DNA of 64,000 bases from positions 124,001 to 188,000 of the forward strand of contig NW_026250417.1 of assembly GCF_024521635.1 (NCBI RefSeq), given 5' to 3'. The translations under genes were made by a program, and so were the position numbers. The DNA comes from Tricharina praecox (lineage: Eukaryota). The notes under the pieces were generated by a model. It had not been told where the DNA came from and made no database searches. It saw only the letters and a program-made list of their open reading frames with translations. Shown one piece after another: positions 48,809 to 60,226 of the stretch (positions are counted from its first letter, which is position 1; each line of letters opens with the position of its first letter).

Positions 48809-51090
48809 ATGACGTCCACCAGTCACAGCAGCCGCCGCTTCTTCACTGCTTTCTACGATGCCGTATCTCCACTGCTAAGAGCACGGGCAACCCCGCCTCC
48901 GTCTCCAAGATGTCGGGCTTTTACTCCGACCGCCTCACTACCGCACTACGGATTCTTTGGAATGCCCTTCGCACCGACGATGAACTCGTGGACAACCTCA
49001 CGATCCCGCTACGTCATGTCACGGGGCTTCGCCGGCCTCTGTGTATGCACTAACGTTCCGGTGGGGAGTACTTCTTCTACTGCGGCGGCGGTGGCAACCG
49101 TGACGGAGGGTGCGGGCGGGCTGAAGAGGCCGGCAAAGAAGGGGATTCTAATGCGACTGGGATTTCGATACATGAGTACCTCCGCAGTGCGAAGGAGGAG
49201 GAGGGGGGTGGGGATGGGGGAACCGGAGGGGTGGAGTCTAGGACTTGCGCCGCAACGACGATGCATATCTAGTCAACAGCCGCCGGAGAAGTCGCCTCCA
49301 CCACCTTCGGAGAAACCACCATCTACACCACACGATGAAGAGACCACCAGGGCCTCGGCCGATATGCGCGGCCTCTTCGACCGGGTATCGCATATCCACC
49401 GGCCGTCGAAGGATGAAATGTTAGCGGCGGCAACGGGAGTGTGGCAGCGTTTACGGATCCGCGCGAAGTGGTCGCTTATACGCCAGATGCGGCCGTATAG
49501 CTTTGAGGATGTTGCGGCGCTCTTTTCGTGGTTGTTTCTTGGACATGTTGTTTGGGTTGTGGTTGGGACGACGACGTTCCTCAGTGTGGCTATTTTCCTT
49601 GTGAATTCAGTTTTTGCTCAAGGTTTGTGTTTTTTTTTTTACAAGCTGGAGGGGCAGCGCTGATGCATTGCAGAGAGTCTGGCTGGATTGATCGGAAACT
49701 ACCTTACCAAGGAAACAGGTCTCACAGTGGTCTTCGAATCTGCAATCGTCCCGCGCTGGAAAGATAACTGCATCCAGTTCAAGAACGTCTTCGTCTCCCG
49801 CCGTCCCGGAAAGAAACACAACCGCCACAACGTCAGCAAAGGCTCCGCCGAGACCGCCGCTGCAGCCGCCGCAGCTACTATCCGCGCCGGCGGTGGTATC
49901 GAGCCCGAGTCGCCGCAGCATGTCGACCCCGAGGAGGAGGAGGACAACAACCTCACCCAGTTCGATGTCACCATGGAGACGGTTAACGTTACGCTTTCCT
50001 TTGCGAGGTGGATGAACGGCAAGGGACTACTGAAGGACGTCGAGATCAAGGGTGTGCGCGGTGTTATCGATCGGACTCATGTTGTCTGGGAAGACAACGT
50101 TGACCCTCGCAGCCTGAAGCACGAGCGCCAGCCAGGTGACTTCGAAATCGAGTCGTTTAAGCTGGAGGACTTCCTGGTGACTGTCTACCAACCTGACGGC
50201 TTCCGCCCGTTCCACGTCTCCATCTACTCCTGTGACCTCCCCCAGCTCCGGAAGCAATGGCTCTTCTACGATCTCCTCAGCGCCAACTACTGCTCGGGCT
50301 CCTTTGATGACTCCCTCTTCACCATTCACCCACGCCAAAGCCACAACATCCTTCCTGGAGCCAACCGCGACGCCGAGGACGGCCGTAATCTGTGGAAAAA
50401 GACTAGCCGCCTCCGCATCGACGCCCTCGAGATTGACCACCTCAACCGGGGTATCGAGGGACCTTTCTCCTGGATCCAGCAAGGAAATGTCGATATCGTC
50501 GCAGATGTCCGCTTCCCACTCGACGACGACGCCCAATTCACCAAGCTCGTACACGACATCTACGAGCACATGGAAGCATCTGTCGCCGCCTCCAGCCCAG
50601 ATAAGGAGCACCACGACTTCTCGTCCATCATCTCCTCAATTGGCAAAGATCGCTCGGAAGAGAAATTCCTCGTACTAGATCTCCACGTCCAGCTTAATGA
50701 CGTCCGTGCCGCAGTCCCGATCTTCTCCAATGATCTGAGCTACGTCAATAGCGCTATGATCCGCCCCATCGTTGCCTACGTAAACAGCCGGAATACATAC
50801 ATTCCCATCAACTGCAGCGTCGTCAAGTCCCTGGGCGAGTTCGATGGCAGTTGGACGGTGTATGATAGTGGACTGATGGATGATTTGTCTGCGGAGGTTA
50901 CTTGCTCCCTCCCCGACCCTCTCACTCTTTTTTTCGTGTTGCTGACGTATGTGCGAAGACGTACGAAGCTTTTGCGCGCAACGTACACGATCAACAGGCC
51001 CGACGAAGGAGAATGAAGAAGGTCGGACTGTGGTCGCTCCAGCTCCTGGCCCAGGCGTTCTTGATGGCCATGGCCAGTAGTGTGGCGTAG
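48809..51090 (+). CDS. MDM31: Mitochondrial inner-membrane Mdm31/Mdm32 family protein
   Basis: RLRIRAKWSLIRQMRPY, GTTTF..NSVFAQE, VVFESAIVPRW, FSCDLPQLRK-like SIYSCDLPQLRKQWLFYDLLSA and IDHLNRGIEGPF. Three exons. Confidence 0.93.
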
Positions 51091-51958
51091 ATCTTCTGAC
51101 TCATCTCCAATCCGTTTTAGTTTTTGTTTTACTGTTCATGTAGTGAGGTAGATGGGAGGATGTAGGAACCATATGACGATGTGTACAATAAGTATGATAC
51201 CGGTAGAGGGGTGTACCGACTAGGAATTACCATGGGAAGCTCACGTCCCATCACCGACCAAGTGACTCCGCCGCCATCACACGGATTGACTCGTAATATG
51301 TAGATGGATTGCCTCGTCGTATAAAAACCCATAAGTGCTCTTCTGTAGTCAATCACGCTATCCGGCGGCTCTGCCCAGAAGACACGTGCACCTCCCAGGA
51401 ACTGGGGTTGAACGAGAGCAATAAACAAGCCTCTTTTCTCAAGCACTATCAGAACGGGGAACAGGACAGCTGTGATGCTCTAGTTCGTGTGAAACTGCTC
51501 GATGCTACAGTTGCACCCAGGAGGTGAACTTGAACGCTTGTGGTGCGGCATTTGCACCGCCAAAAGCCACACAGCTTAGTCAGTAAATGGTTGAGACAAC
51601 ATTGCAGGTTTCTGTCGATCAATTATTGATTGCCTGCATTGGCGATGGTCAACGAAAGTACAACACACACCCACTCCCGACACATATGCTAGACCAGTGA
51701 ATAGAGTTTAAGTCATTCTCACCTTCACAGCTTCTTCTTCCGCTTCTTTCTTCTTTCCTTTCTCGAGGTGTTATTTCTCTTGTTCAAGGGCGCTAAACCA
51801 CATCTTTCAACCTCCTAATCCGACTTACGTACCCACTACCGACTGCCCGGCAATACCATCTCCATCCACGACAACCATCACCGCCAAACCCACCACCTGT
51901 CAACACCTCCCTCCACACTCCGCCTCCTCCTCCACATCGCACATCGCACACATCCACG

Positions 51959-52876
51959 ATGGGCATCCTCCAAACACTGATAACCTACCTGACGGCGCAC
52001 CCTTTGCCTCTTAAATCCGCCAGCACCTCGGCGCACCTAGCCTCCTACGCGCCTCACTTCCTCGCCTCCAGTGAAGCCACCAAAGACACTCAAGAAACCT
52101 GGTACATCTACGAGCAGCTCCTCCTCGCCTCCCTCCGCACATCCGATGACTCCTCCGCGCGGCTGTGTCTACAGCGTCTCGGTGACCGTTTCGGCGCCGA
52201 CTCTCCCCGAATCCGCGCTCTAACCGGGCTCTACGACGAAGCCGTCGCCGTCACACCATCAGACCTCGACGAGATCCTGAAGCGGTACACTGCCCTTCTC
52301 CGCGATGACCCTACCAATGTCGCCATCGAGAAGCGACGGATAGCACTACTCTCGTCCCTCAACCGACCAGAGGAGGCGATCTCGGCCCTCACCAAACTCC
52401 TCGCTCACTCTCCCACGGACGCAGAGAGCTGGGCACACCTCGCATCACTCTACCGCTCGCAAGGTCTCTACGCGCAGTCTGCGTTCTGCTTAGAAGAGGT
52501 CCTTTTGATCCATCCGAATGCCTACAACATCCACGCGCGTCTGGGCGAGACGGCGTTTATCGCAGGCCCCGCGGACGCGGAGCAGCTGGCGGATGCGGTA
52601 CGATACTTCTGTCGGTCTGTAGAGCTGTGTGAGTGGCATCTGCGTGGATGGTATGGACTGCGGTTCGCGACGGATGCGATTTTGGCATCTCCCACGGTGA
52701 TTGCAAAGATCGGCATGAAGCGACGAATGATCGAAGCACTCAATGCCAAAGCTACCGAACGACTTGTGGAGATAGTGAGGAGAGCAACAGCAGGAGAGGA
52801 AGGATGGACGGGCTTCGAAGCGGCGGAGGTGCAGGCTGCGGGAGAGCTTATCGCTGTCGAGCAGCCGGTGAGGTGA
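51959..52876 (+). CDS. EMC2: TPR protein, ER membrane complex subunit 2
   Basis: WYIYEQLLLASLR..ARLCLQRLGDRFG, DPTNVAIEKRRIALL, PTDAESWAHLA..AFCLEEVLLIHPNAYNIHARLGE and FCRSVELCEWHLRGWYGL. Confidence 0.9.
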   Translation: MGILQTLITYLTAHPLPLKSASTSAHLASYAPHFLASSEATKDTQETWYIYEQLLLASLRTSDDSSARLCLQRLGDRFGADSPRIRALTGLYDEAVAVTPSDLDEILKRYTALLRDDPTNVAIEKRRIALLSSLNRPEEAISALTKLLAHSPTDAESWAHLASLYRSQGLYAQSAFCLEEVLLIHPNAYNIHARLGETAFIAGPADAEQLADAVRYFCRSVELCEWHLRGWYGLRFATDAILASPTVIAKIGMKRRMIEALNAKATERLVEIVRRATAGEEGWTGFEAAEVQAAGELIAVEQPVR

Positions 52877-53714
52877 TGCGGGTTTGTGTTTTGCGATGTG
52901 ATGATAAGCGTGTTTGACTTTTTTACTTCTTGACTCGATCTTGCTTTCTTGTTCCTATTGGGTTGAAACCGGTGTTAACGGGAAGGGGAACTGTGGCTTG
53001 GATTTGATTGTATATGCTGGGCTGGCTGGCTGGATTAATGAGCTTTTTTTAATTGTCTCCTTCCCGACTCATCACCCGGCTTTTTTTCGTCACTCTCCCT
53101 CATGATGGGCGCGAGCAAGTAAGCGATATGACTGTGATGTATCTTATATTTCCTTTACAAAAATTATGGTGATGGGCGAAGTAAGCTGAAGTAGAGCGGG
53201 AGTGAGGGAGTAATTGAACAACCGTGCTCAATACTGTCAATGCCGTTCGGTTTGCTCTTCTTTTATTATGTATAGCTCTCGCGTGATGTTTAGTACAAGG
53301 ACGAGAAACACGCCAAGTGTCTTCTGTCATTTTCTTCTACCTTTCTTCATGTGTTGAGTCTTGAACGGTCGGCCATTCCGTAGTTGTGGCTTGTGTGTGG
53401 CTTCGGCGTATCCTCCTGGGGTTCTCTCCGAGCCACGCTACCTTGCTCCAACGACATCATTCCCGGCGGTCCCAAGCTAGGAGTGAGTTGCGCCTTCGTC
53501 CTGTCCCACCACTCCACTTCCACCACTCGATCAGCGAAGTACGTCTGAAGCGCGCCCACCGCCGTCTCCCCAACATCATCGCCTCCCTCCGGCTCTACTA
53601 TACCGGCCGATCCCCGAGCTCGACCTCTCGTTCCATCCACCCCGCAAGCGGCGAGGCTACCATCGATCGGCGGCACGGGCCAGCTTCACCCCGCACCCCA
53701 GCATCTAACCCACT

Positions 53715-56700
53715 ATGTTTGAAAAGTCGCTATACGACCTGATCCGCGGACTGCGGTCCAACAAGGGCAACGAGCGGAACTACATGCTCGAGAGTCTCAA
53801 GGAATGCCGGGCAGAAGCGAAATCGCAAGACCTGGACATCAAAGCGACCGCGATCCTGAAGCTGATCTACCTCGACATGTTCGGGCACGACATGTCGTGG
53901 GCCAGCTTCCACGTCCTCGAGGTCATGAGCTCGCCCAAATTCCGGCAGAAACGTGTGGGGTATCTGGCGGCAGTGCAGAGCTTTAGGCTAGAGACCGATG
54001 TATTAATGTTGACCACAAATTTGATCAAGAAAGTTTGCCTCACCTCGTCGTTTTACCTCCCTTGTGATGCTGTTGTCGACTGTGATTTCTTTCTTGGTGA
54101 CGTGCGCTAAAACGGCGGAGGTGTAACAGGACCTCTTCTCCCCCTCCGTTCCAGAGATGTCACTCGCCATGAACGGGCTCTCGCACATAGTCTCTCCATC
54201 GCTGGCGGCAGATCTAGCACCCGACCTGGTCTCGAAACTCACGCATTCGTCACCGCACGTGCGAAAGAAGGCGATCCCAGTGCTATACAAGTGCTTCCTA
54301 CAGTCGCCGGAGCTGCTACGTACGTGCTGGCCGCGGTTGCGGGAGTGTCTGAACGATGAGGATAGCAGCGTGGTGTCGGCTACGGTCAATGTCGTCTGCG
54401 AGCTGGCAAGGAGGAACCCAAAAAATTATCTGCCGCTGGCTCCGCAGCTGTTTAAGCTCCTGACTGATGGGGGGAACAACTGGATGACCATCAAGCTCAT
54501 CAAGCTGGTCTGTAGCCCAGTGCGCCATAATCTCGGGGGGAAAATGCTAATGCGCACATAGTTCGCAACTTTGACACCATTAGAACCGCGCCTGGTCAAG
54601 AAATTGGTCCCGCCTATCACTAATCTGATCCGAACCACACCAGCTATGTCTCTGCTCTACGAGTGTATAAGCGGTCTGATTAGTGGCGGCCTACTGGAGA
54701 GTATGAAAGATACGGATGAAGGCGAAGAGCTGGCTTCCGTCTGCGTGACCAAGCTGCGTGGGTTTTTGGTCGAAGGTGACAGCAACTTGAAATACGTGGG
54801 ACTGATAGCATTGACAAAACTCGTCAAGACCCACGCACACCTTGTCTGTCTACACCATGACGTGGTCCTAGACTGCATCGACGACGACGATATCTCCATC
54901 CGATACCGCGCGCTCGAACTAGTCGTCGGGATGGTAAACTCGGATACGCTCTCGACGATCGTGGGGAAGCTGATGCGGCAACTGAAACCCACGGCCAACC
55001 AGGAGTTCGTAGAGCTGGAGGGGGCTGAGGAGATTCCCAGCGAGGATGAGGACGATATGGAGGAACAAGTGATGCACCCTCGGAAAGTCAAGAAGGGCGA
55101 GATGGCGCCGTTGGAGCTTCCAGAGGATTACAAGCACGCGATTATCACTAGGATCTTGGAGATGTGCAGTCGGGAGATGTACGTCAATATCTCGGATTTC
55201 GAATGGTACATCGATGTGCTTCTGCAGCTTGTGCGATACGCACCAGCTGTTCAGGTAGTCGATGCTGGCGCCGATGAGGAGGAGGGGCAGGAGGACGAAC
55301 AGGAGGAGCTGATCAGGAGACGAGACGTTGGTGAGAATATCGGGAAAGAGCTGCGGAACGTGGCTATCAGAGTCAAATCTGTCCGTCAGGAGGCTGTGAG
55401 ATGTGCAGAGATGCTGGTCAGCGGACGGGATGGTGTCTTCCCGGCGGCTGGTGGTGGTGGAAAGCGAGTGCTGGGAGCTGCTGGATGGATCGTCGGAGAA
55501 TACGCAAGGTATTGCCATTCGCGTTACAGGATATCGATCGCATAGCTAATTCTTGGTGCGAATAGTCTGCTCACCGATCCAGCCTCGACATTTGACGCTC
55601 TAGTCCAGGCCTCATCGAGATACCTCCCGTCCGATATCCTCGCCGTCTACATCCAAGCCATCGCAAAGATCTATGCAGCACTCACGGGCTCCGACAGCAT
55701 TTCCTGGGTTCCTGAGCGCAAGGCCTACGTGACGCTCCTCACCGAGCGTATAATACGCTTCCTTGAGCCACTCGCTACCTCCCCTAATCTCGAAGTGCAA
55801 GAGCGCGCTGTCGAGTTCCTAGAACTCTTCCGTCTCGCCCTCGAGGCCATAGCCGCCCAACCCGCATCCTTCGACACAGACACAGAACAATACGATCCTC
55901 CCCTCCTCCTCACCCAGGCCATACCCTCCCTCTTCTACGGCCAAGAACTAAACCCCGTTGCGCAACGCGCACAACGCAAAGTCCCGCTTCCCCCGGGCCT
56001 AGACCTGGACGAAGCCATCAACCCGAACCTCGCGGACCTCATTGTCGCCGCAGATTACAACCCCACGCTCGCCGGCGAAGACGACAAAGAGGACGAAGAC
56101 TTCCGCGCATACTACTACACGAAGCCCTCCGCCACTGCCACCAAGTCCTCCCAGCCCGCCTCCCTAGGAATCGACTCTGCCGCTGCCACCAAAGCCGCGG
56201 TGCCCGGCTCGTACCAGAACGTGGCGGAAGAAGACTACCTGGACGCCGACATCCTCGCCCGTCGCCGCCGCGAGCGCCAGGAACGGAATCGTGATGATCC
56301 ATTCTACATCTTTGCCCCCGGCGAGACCGACGGAGTGACGGATGCCGACCTGGAAGCCATTCCCGTGCTGGAGCTGAAGCTCGATGATCTTCCGCACCCC
56401 CTTCCCGCCGCGACACAGCCAAGGGAGCGAGAGCGCATTCAGATCGTTGGTGATGAGGGCCTGGATGGCGACGATGGCGAGGAGGAGGAGGAGCAGGAGG
56501 AGGAGCAGGTCGTCGGCAGGAGAAAGAGGAAGGGGAAGGGATTACTCCAGGTCGACGCGAGCGGGCTGGTCGGCTACTCGCTCGAGGGCGAGGGCGTCGA
56601 AGACGTTAAGCGCGAGGAGGCGCGGGCGGCGCGGAAGGAGGTCGACAGGTTACGGAAAGAGATGGAGGCCGCTGCGGAGCGCATAGCCGCGCAGAGAAAG

Positions 56701-56928
56701 AGTCTGGAGATGGTCGAGAAGAAGAAGAAGAAACCGAAGAAAGAGGGGGAGGTGGTCAAGAAGAAGGGGAAGAAGAAGGCGAAGGACGCAGATGCAGGCA
56801 AAGAGGGAGAGAAGGAGGCGGAGGGAGACGTAAAGAAAAAGAAAAAGAAGAAGAGTAAGAAGGCTGAAACGGCGCCCGATACTTCTTCACCTCTTCCTGC
56901 TTCCGCCGCTGCTGTGGCGGCTTCATGA
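53715..56928 (+). CDS. APL5: AP-3 complex subunit delta
   Basis: MFEKSLYDLIRGLR, DMSWASFHVLEVMSS..QKRVGYLAA, NNWMTIKLIKL, PLEPRL, AMSLLYECI, LEVQERA and ELNPVAQRAQRKVPLP. Four exons. Confidence 0.96.
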
Positions 56929-57666
56929 GTTGTGCGGTGCTGGTTTAATTTTGGCTCTATTACCTGTACTGTACTCATACATTCTTGCCTTCACAAGTCT
57001 TACCGTTACCGTTGCAAACTATCCGCATTGTGCATCCACCGCCGTTTCGCTTAAAATATTTTTTTCAAACTACTAGCCCAAAGACCAAAGACGTTGTCGA
57101 TTCAAAGCCGTTGGTGAGATCTGTAAAAACCTCGATCTGGCGACGTTGCGCGATCCAACGACGTTGGACGAGGCGAGCATAGGCTTGTGCGTTGACGGGA
57201 CAGGGGTTGGACTCAAGGATGTGAGTGATAGGTGGTGCGGCTGTGCGGCTGTGCGACATGGGTAGAGTGGGATATCTAGGATGTAGCACGTGACGCGGTC
57301 CGACTGGGCGACTGGAGTACCTTTCCCACGCCCATTTATAGACTCACAGTGGGTGGGTATGGTATGGTATCAGCGCTCTTGGAACTCGGGATCACCTGTG
57401 CCGTAATGGCTCTGGGTGGTTTAAGGGAGGGAGGAAGGGAGGGAGGGGTTCACGTGCTTTCGTCATTCATTCAGGGTATGGTCTCTGTGACGGTACGGGA
57501 ATGAAGGGTATGCCGTGGAGCAGGCATGGCTCGAGGGTTCACTCGAATCGTGTGTATACTATATATCTGTAAATTCTGGGGGTGTGGGGGATTGGGAGGC
57601 TACATCATATATCTCGTAGCCATCCATCCTCACACCACCCATTCCCCTCCCCCCCTTCCCCTTTAC

Positions 57667-58132
57667 CTACGCAAACCCCGCCACCGTCGCCTCCGCCACA
57701 GTCCTAAGACTCCTCTCCTTTCCCCTAACAATCTCCATCTCGGCCTCGAGGACCTTCCTAGGCAGGTCCTTATCCCCCGCCTCCTTTGCCGCCTCCTCCT
57801 TTGCCGCCTTCACCGCCACAATCGCGCGCCGCGCCTGCTCCGCCAAAGCCCCCTCCCACGCCCGCTGGCTGAATGTCCCGCCGCTGTTGATGTCCACTTG
57901 TCCGCTCGCGGCGAGCGCGAAGAAGAAGCGTCGTAGTACCGCGGAGGTCGAGGTGTACGCTGCTGGGAGGGTGCTGGGGAGCTGCGGGGGGTTAGTGCTG
58001 CTGCTGGTGGGGAAGGGGGGGAGGGAACGCGGGGGGTGGTACGTCGCTGTTGGGAACGCTGAGATCCTGGCACGCGAGCCGGAGGGCCGCAATGGTGTCG
58101 TCGAGGTCGGGGGGCGCGGCGGGGGTGCTCAT
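57667..58132 (-). CDS. Small hypothetical helical protein (2 exons, ~135 aa)
   Basis: MSTPAAPPDLDDTIAALRLACQDLSVPNSD joins LPSTLPAAY...RTVAEATVAGFA* through an intron with an ACTAAC branch site and CAG acceptor. The donor (GTACCA) is weak. Confidence 0.55.
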
Positions 58133-58577
58133 TGTTGCTGGTGGGTGTGAGGTGGTGGGGTGCTGGCGGGGTGCTGGCGGGGTGGTGGCGGGGTGGTGGG
58201 GCGACGTGAACACGTGAGGACGTGGAATTGCTAGGTAGGTTGGTCAGTATGGTAGTGGATTGGCGAGGCCTTGCAATCCCCATTCTCGGTTGGGTGCTTC
58301 CCGATATCTAACTGCGAAGAAGGTCACCGCAACTGGAGTTCCTATTCACCACTCGTAGCTGCCCAAGTAAGTACTTGAGTACCCATTACATCATGCGTCG
58401 TTGCGGTTGCGGCTGCGTTTGGCATTCATGGTAGGCAGTCGGGCCGAGCCGAGCCCAGTGACCAGTGCGCCGTCCCCCGTCCTCCTCCTCCTCTGGTGCC
58501 ATCACCACCGGCGCAACCCCTCCACCTCCCACCTCCCACCTCCAATCCCAATCCGCACAAGCCCCACAGAGCGCACG

Positions 58578-58957
58578 ATGTCCGCCGCCGCTCCACGTCT
58601 CAGCGGGATCCAACGCGACGTGCTCTCGCTGTACCGGTCATGTCTGCGTATGGTCCGCGCCAAGCCTCTGGTAGTCCCCGTCCCCCGTCCCGCGTCCCCC
58701 CCCTCTATCCCCCTCCCCCCGTCCCTCCCCCCACCCCCCCCTCTACCCCCCTCCCCGCTGTACCCGTCACCACCAGCTAAACGGCGTGCCGTATGTAGGA
58801 CTCACAAGCCAACTTCCGCGCCTACGCGCGCGCTGAGTTCCGCGAGCACCTGGGCGTCGGCAAGAAGGACTTTGCGACGATCGAGCACCTGCTGCGCGTC
58901 GGGCGGCGGAAGCTCGAGACGTACTCGCAACCGGGGGTGAGGAATATTCAGCGGTAG
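58578..58957 (+). CDS. SDH6: LYR-family succinate dehydrogenase assembly factor 1
   Basis: RLSGIQRDVLSLYRSCLR..KP|..FRAYARAEFR..KKDFATIEHLLRVGRRKLETY. One intron. Confidence 0.9.
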
Positions 58958-59235
58958 ATTGGGGTGGATTGTTACGGGAGTAAACGGGGGGTGGAGGTGG
59001 AGGTGTACGATGCTACGGCCTATGGGAGTGAATGTACGATAGGATACGTATGGAAACGGTGTTTTTTGCTACAGTAATTTATGAAAGTAAAAGTGCTTGC
59101 GTGCGTGCGAGCGTGCTTTCTGCCCAGCCTACGGGGAGAGGGCAGCGAACAATCGCCTCCGAATTGTCCTCGCTTTCGAGCTCAAAGCATCGCATCGTGG
59201 GAAAAGACAGTTACTTCTCGTGGCGGCTGGTCTAC

Positions 59236-60226
59236 CTATGCAATGATTCCGTCTGCCCACTGTTTTCTCCTCGCGCCCATCTCGACGGCTGTGAAGGGGG
59301 ATTAATTACGGTGTGTGAGGGGGAGGAGGGGAGGTGAGGGGGAGGGGAGAGGGGAGAGGGGAGCTCTAACCTGCGGTGCCCCAGTCGTCGCCGTGGTTGT
59401 GACCATCCGCGGTCAAGCCAGCACGCTTCTTTGCCTGCTCCTCGTTCAGGACCGTCTATAACGGGGCATCAATCAGCACGACGCTTATTCCTCACTCCGT
59501 ATTCCGCTCGGCATACCAGAAGCCCAAAGATCACCGGCACGCCAAAGTCCAGCTGGATCCTCATGAGACCCCTCGAGACCGACTCGGCGATGTGTTCGAA
59601 GTGGACGGTGTCGCCCTTAATCAGCACGCCGATGGCAATGATGGAGTCGAACTGGCCAGCGCTGGCAGTGGACGACGAGCTGCCGGGCACGGGCGTAGAG
59701 CTCCGTCCCAGCCCTCCGAGAAGATCGCCAGACGGCGCCGACGACGCCTGTACCTGCGAAGCGGCAAAGAGCCTGAAACCACCACCACCCCAAGCAGCAC
59801 ATCAGCGGGGTGCCACAGATCGTCGTCGTAAGACAATAAACAAAAACAAGGCACGGGAAAAGTCCCGAGACAGACAGGGTCTCAGTCTGAATTGGTATGG
59901 ATTGGATTGGTATGGTATGGTGTACCGTTGACAAGCCACCGGCAGTTCCCAGCTGCCGGGAACACTCTGGATCACGATGTTGGACTCCTTGACACCGCCC
60001 TCGAGAAGCTTCTTGCGTGCGCCCTCCACCAGCGGCGTGATCAGCGACATGTTCCAGCGCGCGTGAACGATCGCGACTCGGAGGGTCGAGCCTATATGTA
60101 GTTTCCGCTCAGCCAGCCGTCCATCCATCCATCCTCCACGCACAGCTCCCCCCTCCCCTCCATGTGACGGAGCAGCCCACCGTCAAAGTTCGCAACCTCG
60201 CCGGGTCCCTTGATGCCTTCAAACAT
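59236..60226 (-). CDS. RIB4: 6,7-dimethyl-8-ribityllumazine synthase (5 exons)
   Basis: [52 protein letters not shown] and [15 protein letters not shown]. Confidence 0.96.

Noticed and set aside
51129..51800. Minus-strand ORF fragments and an intron-like signal between MDM31 and EMC2
   Set aside because: Frames are short and broken by stops, and I could not build a coherent model.
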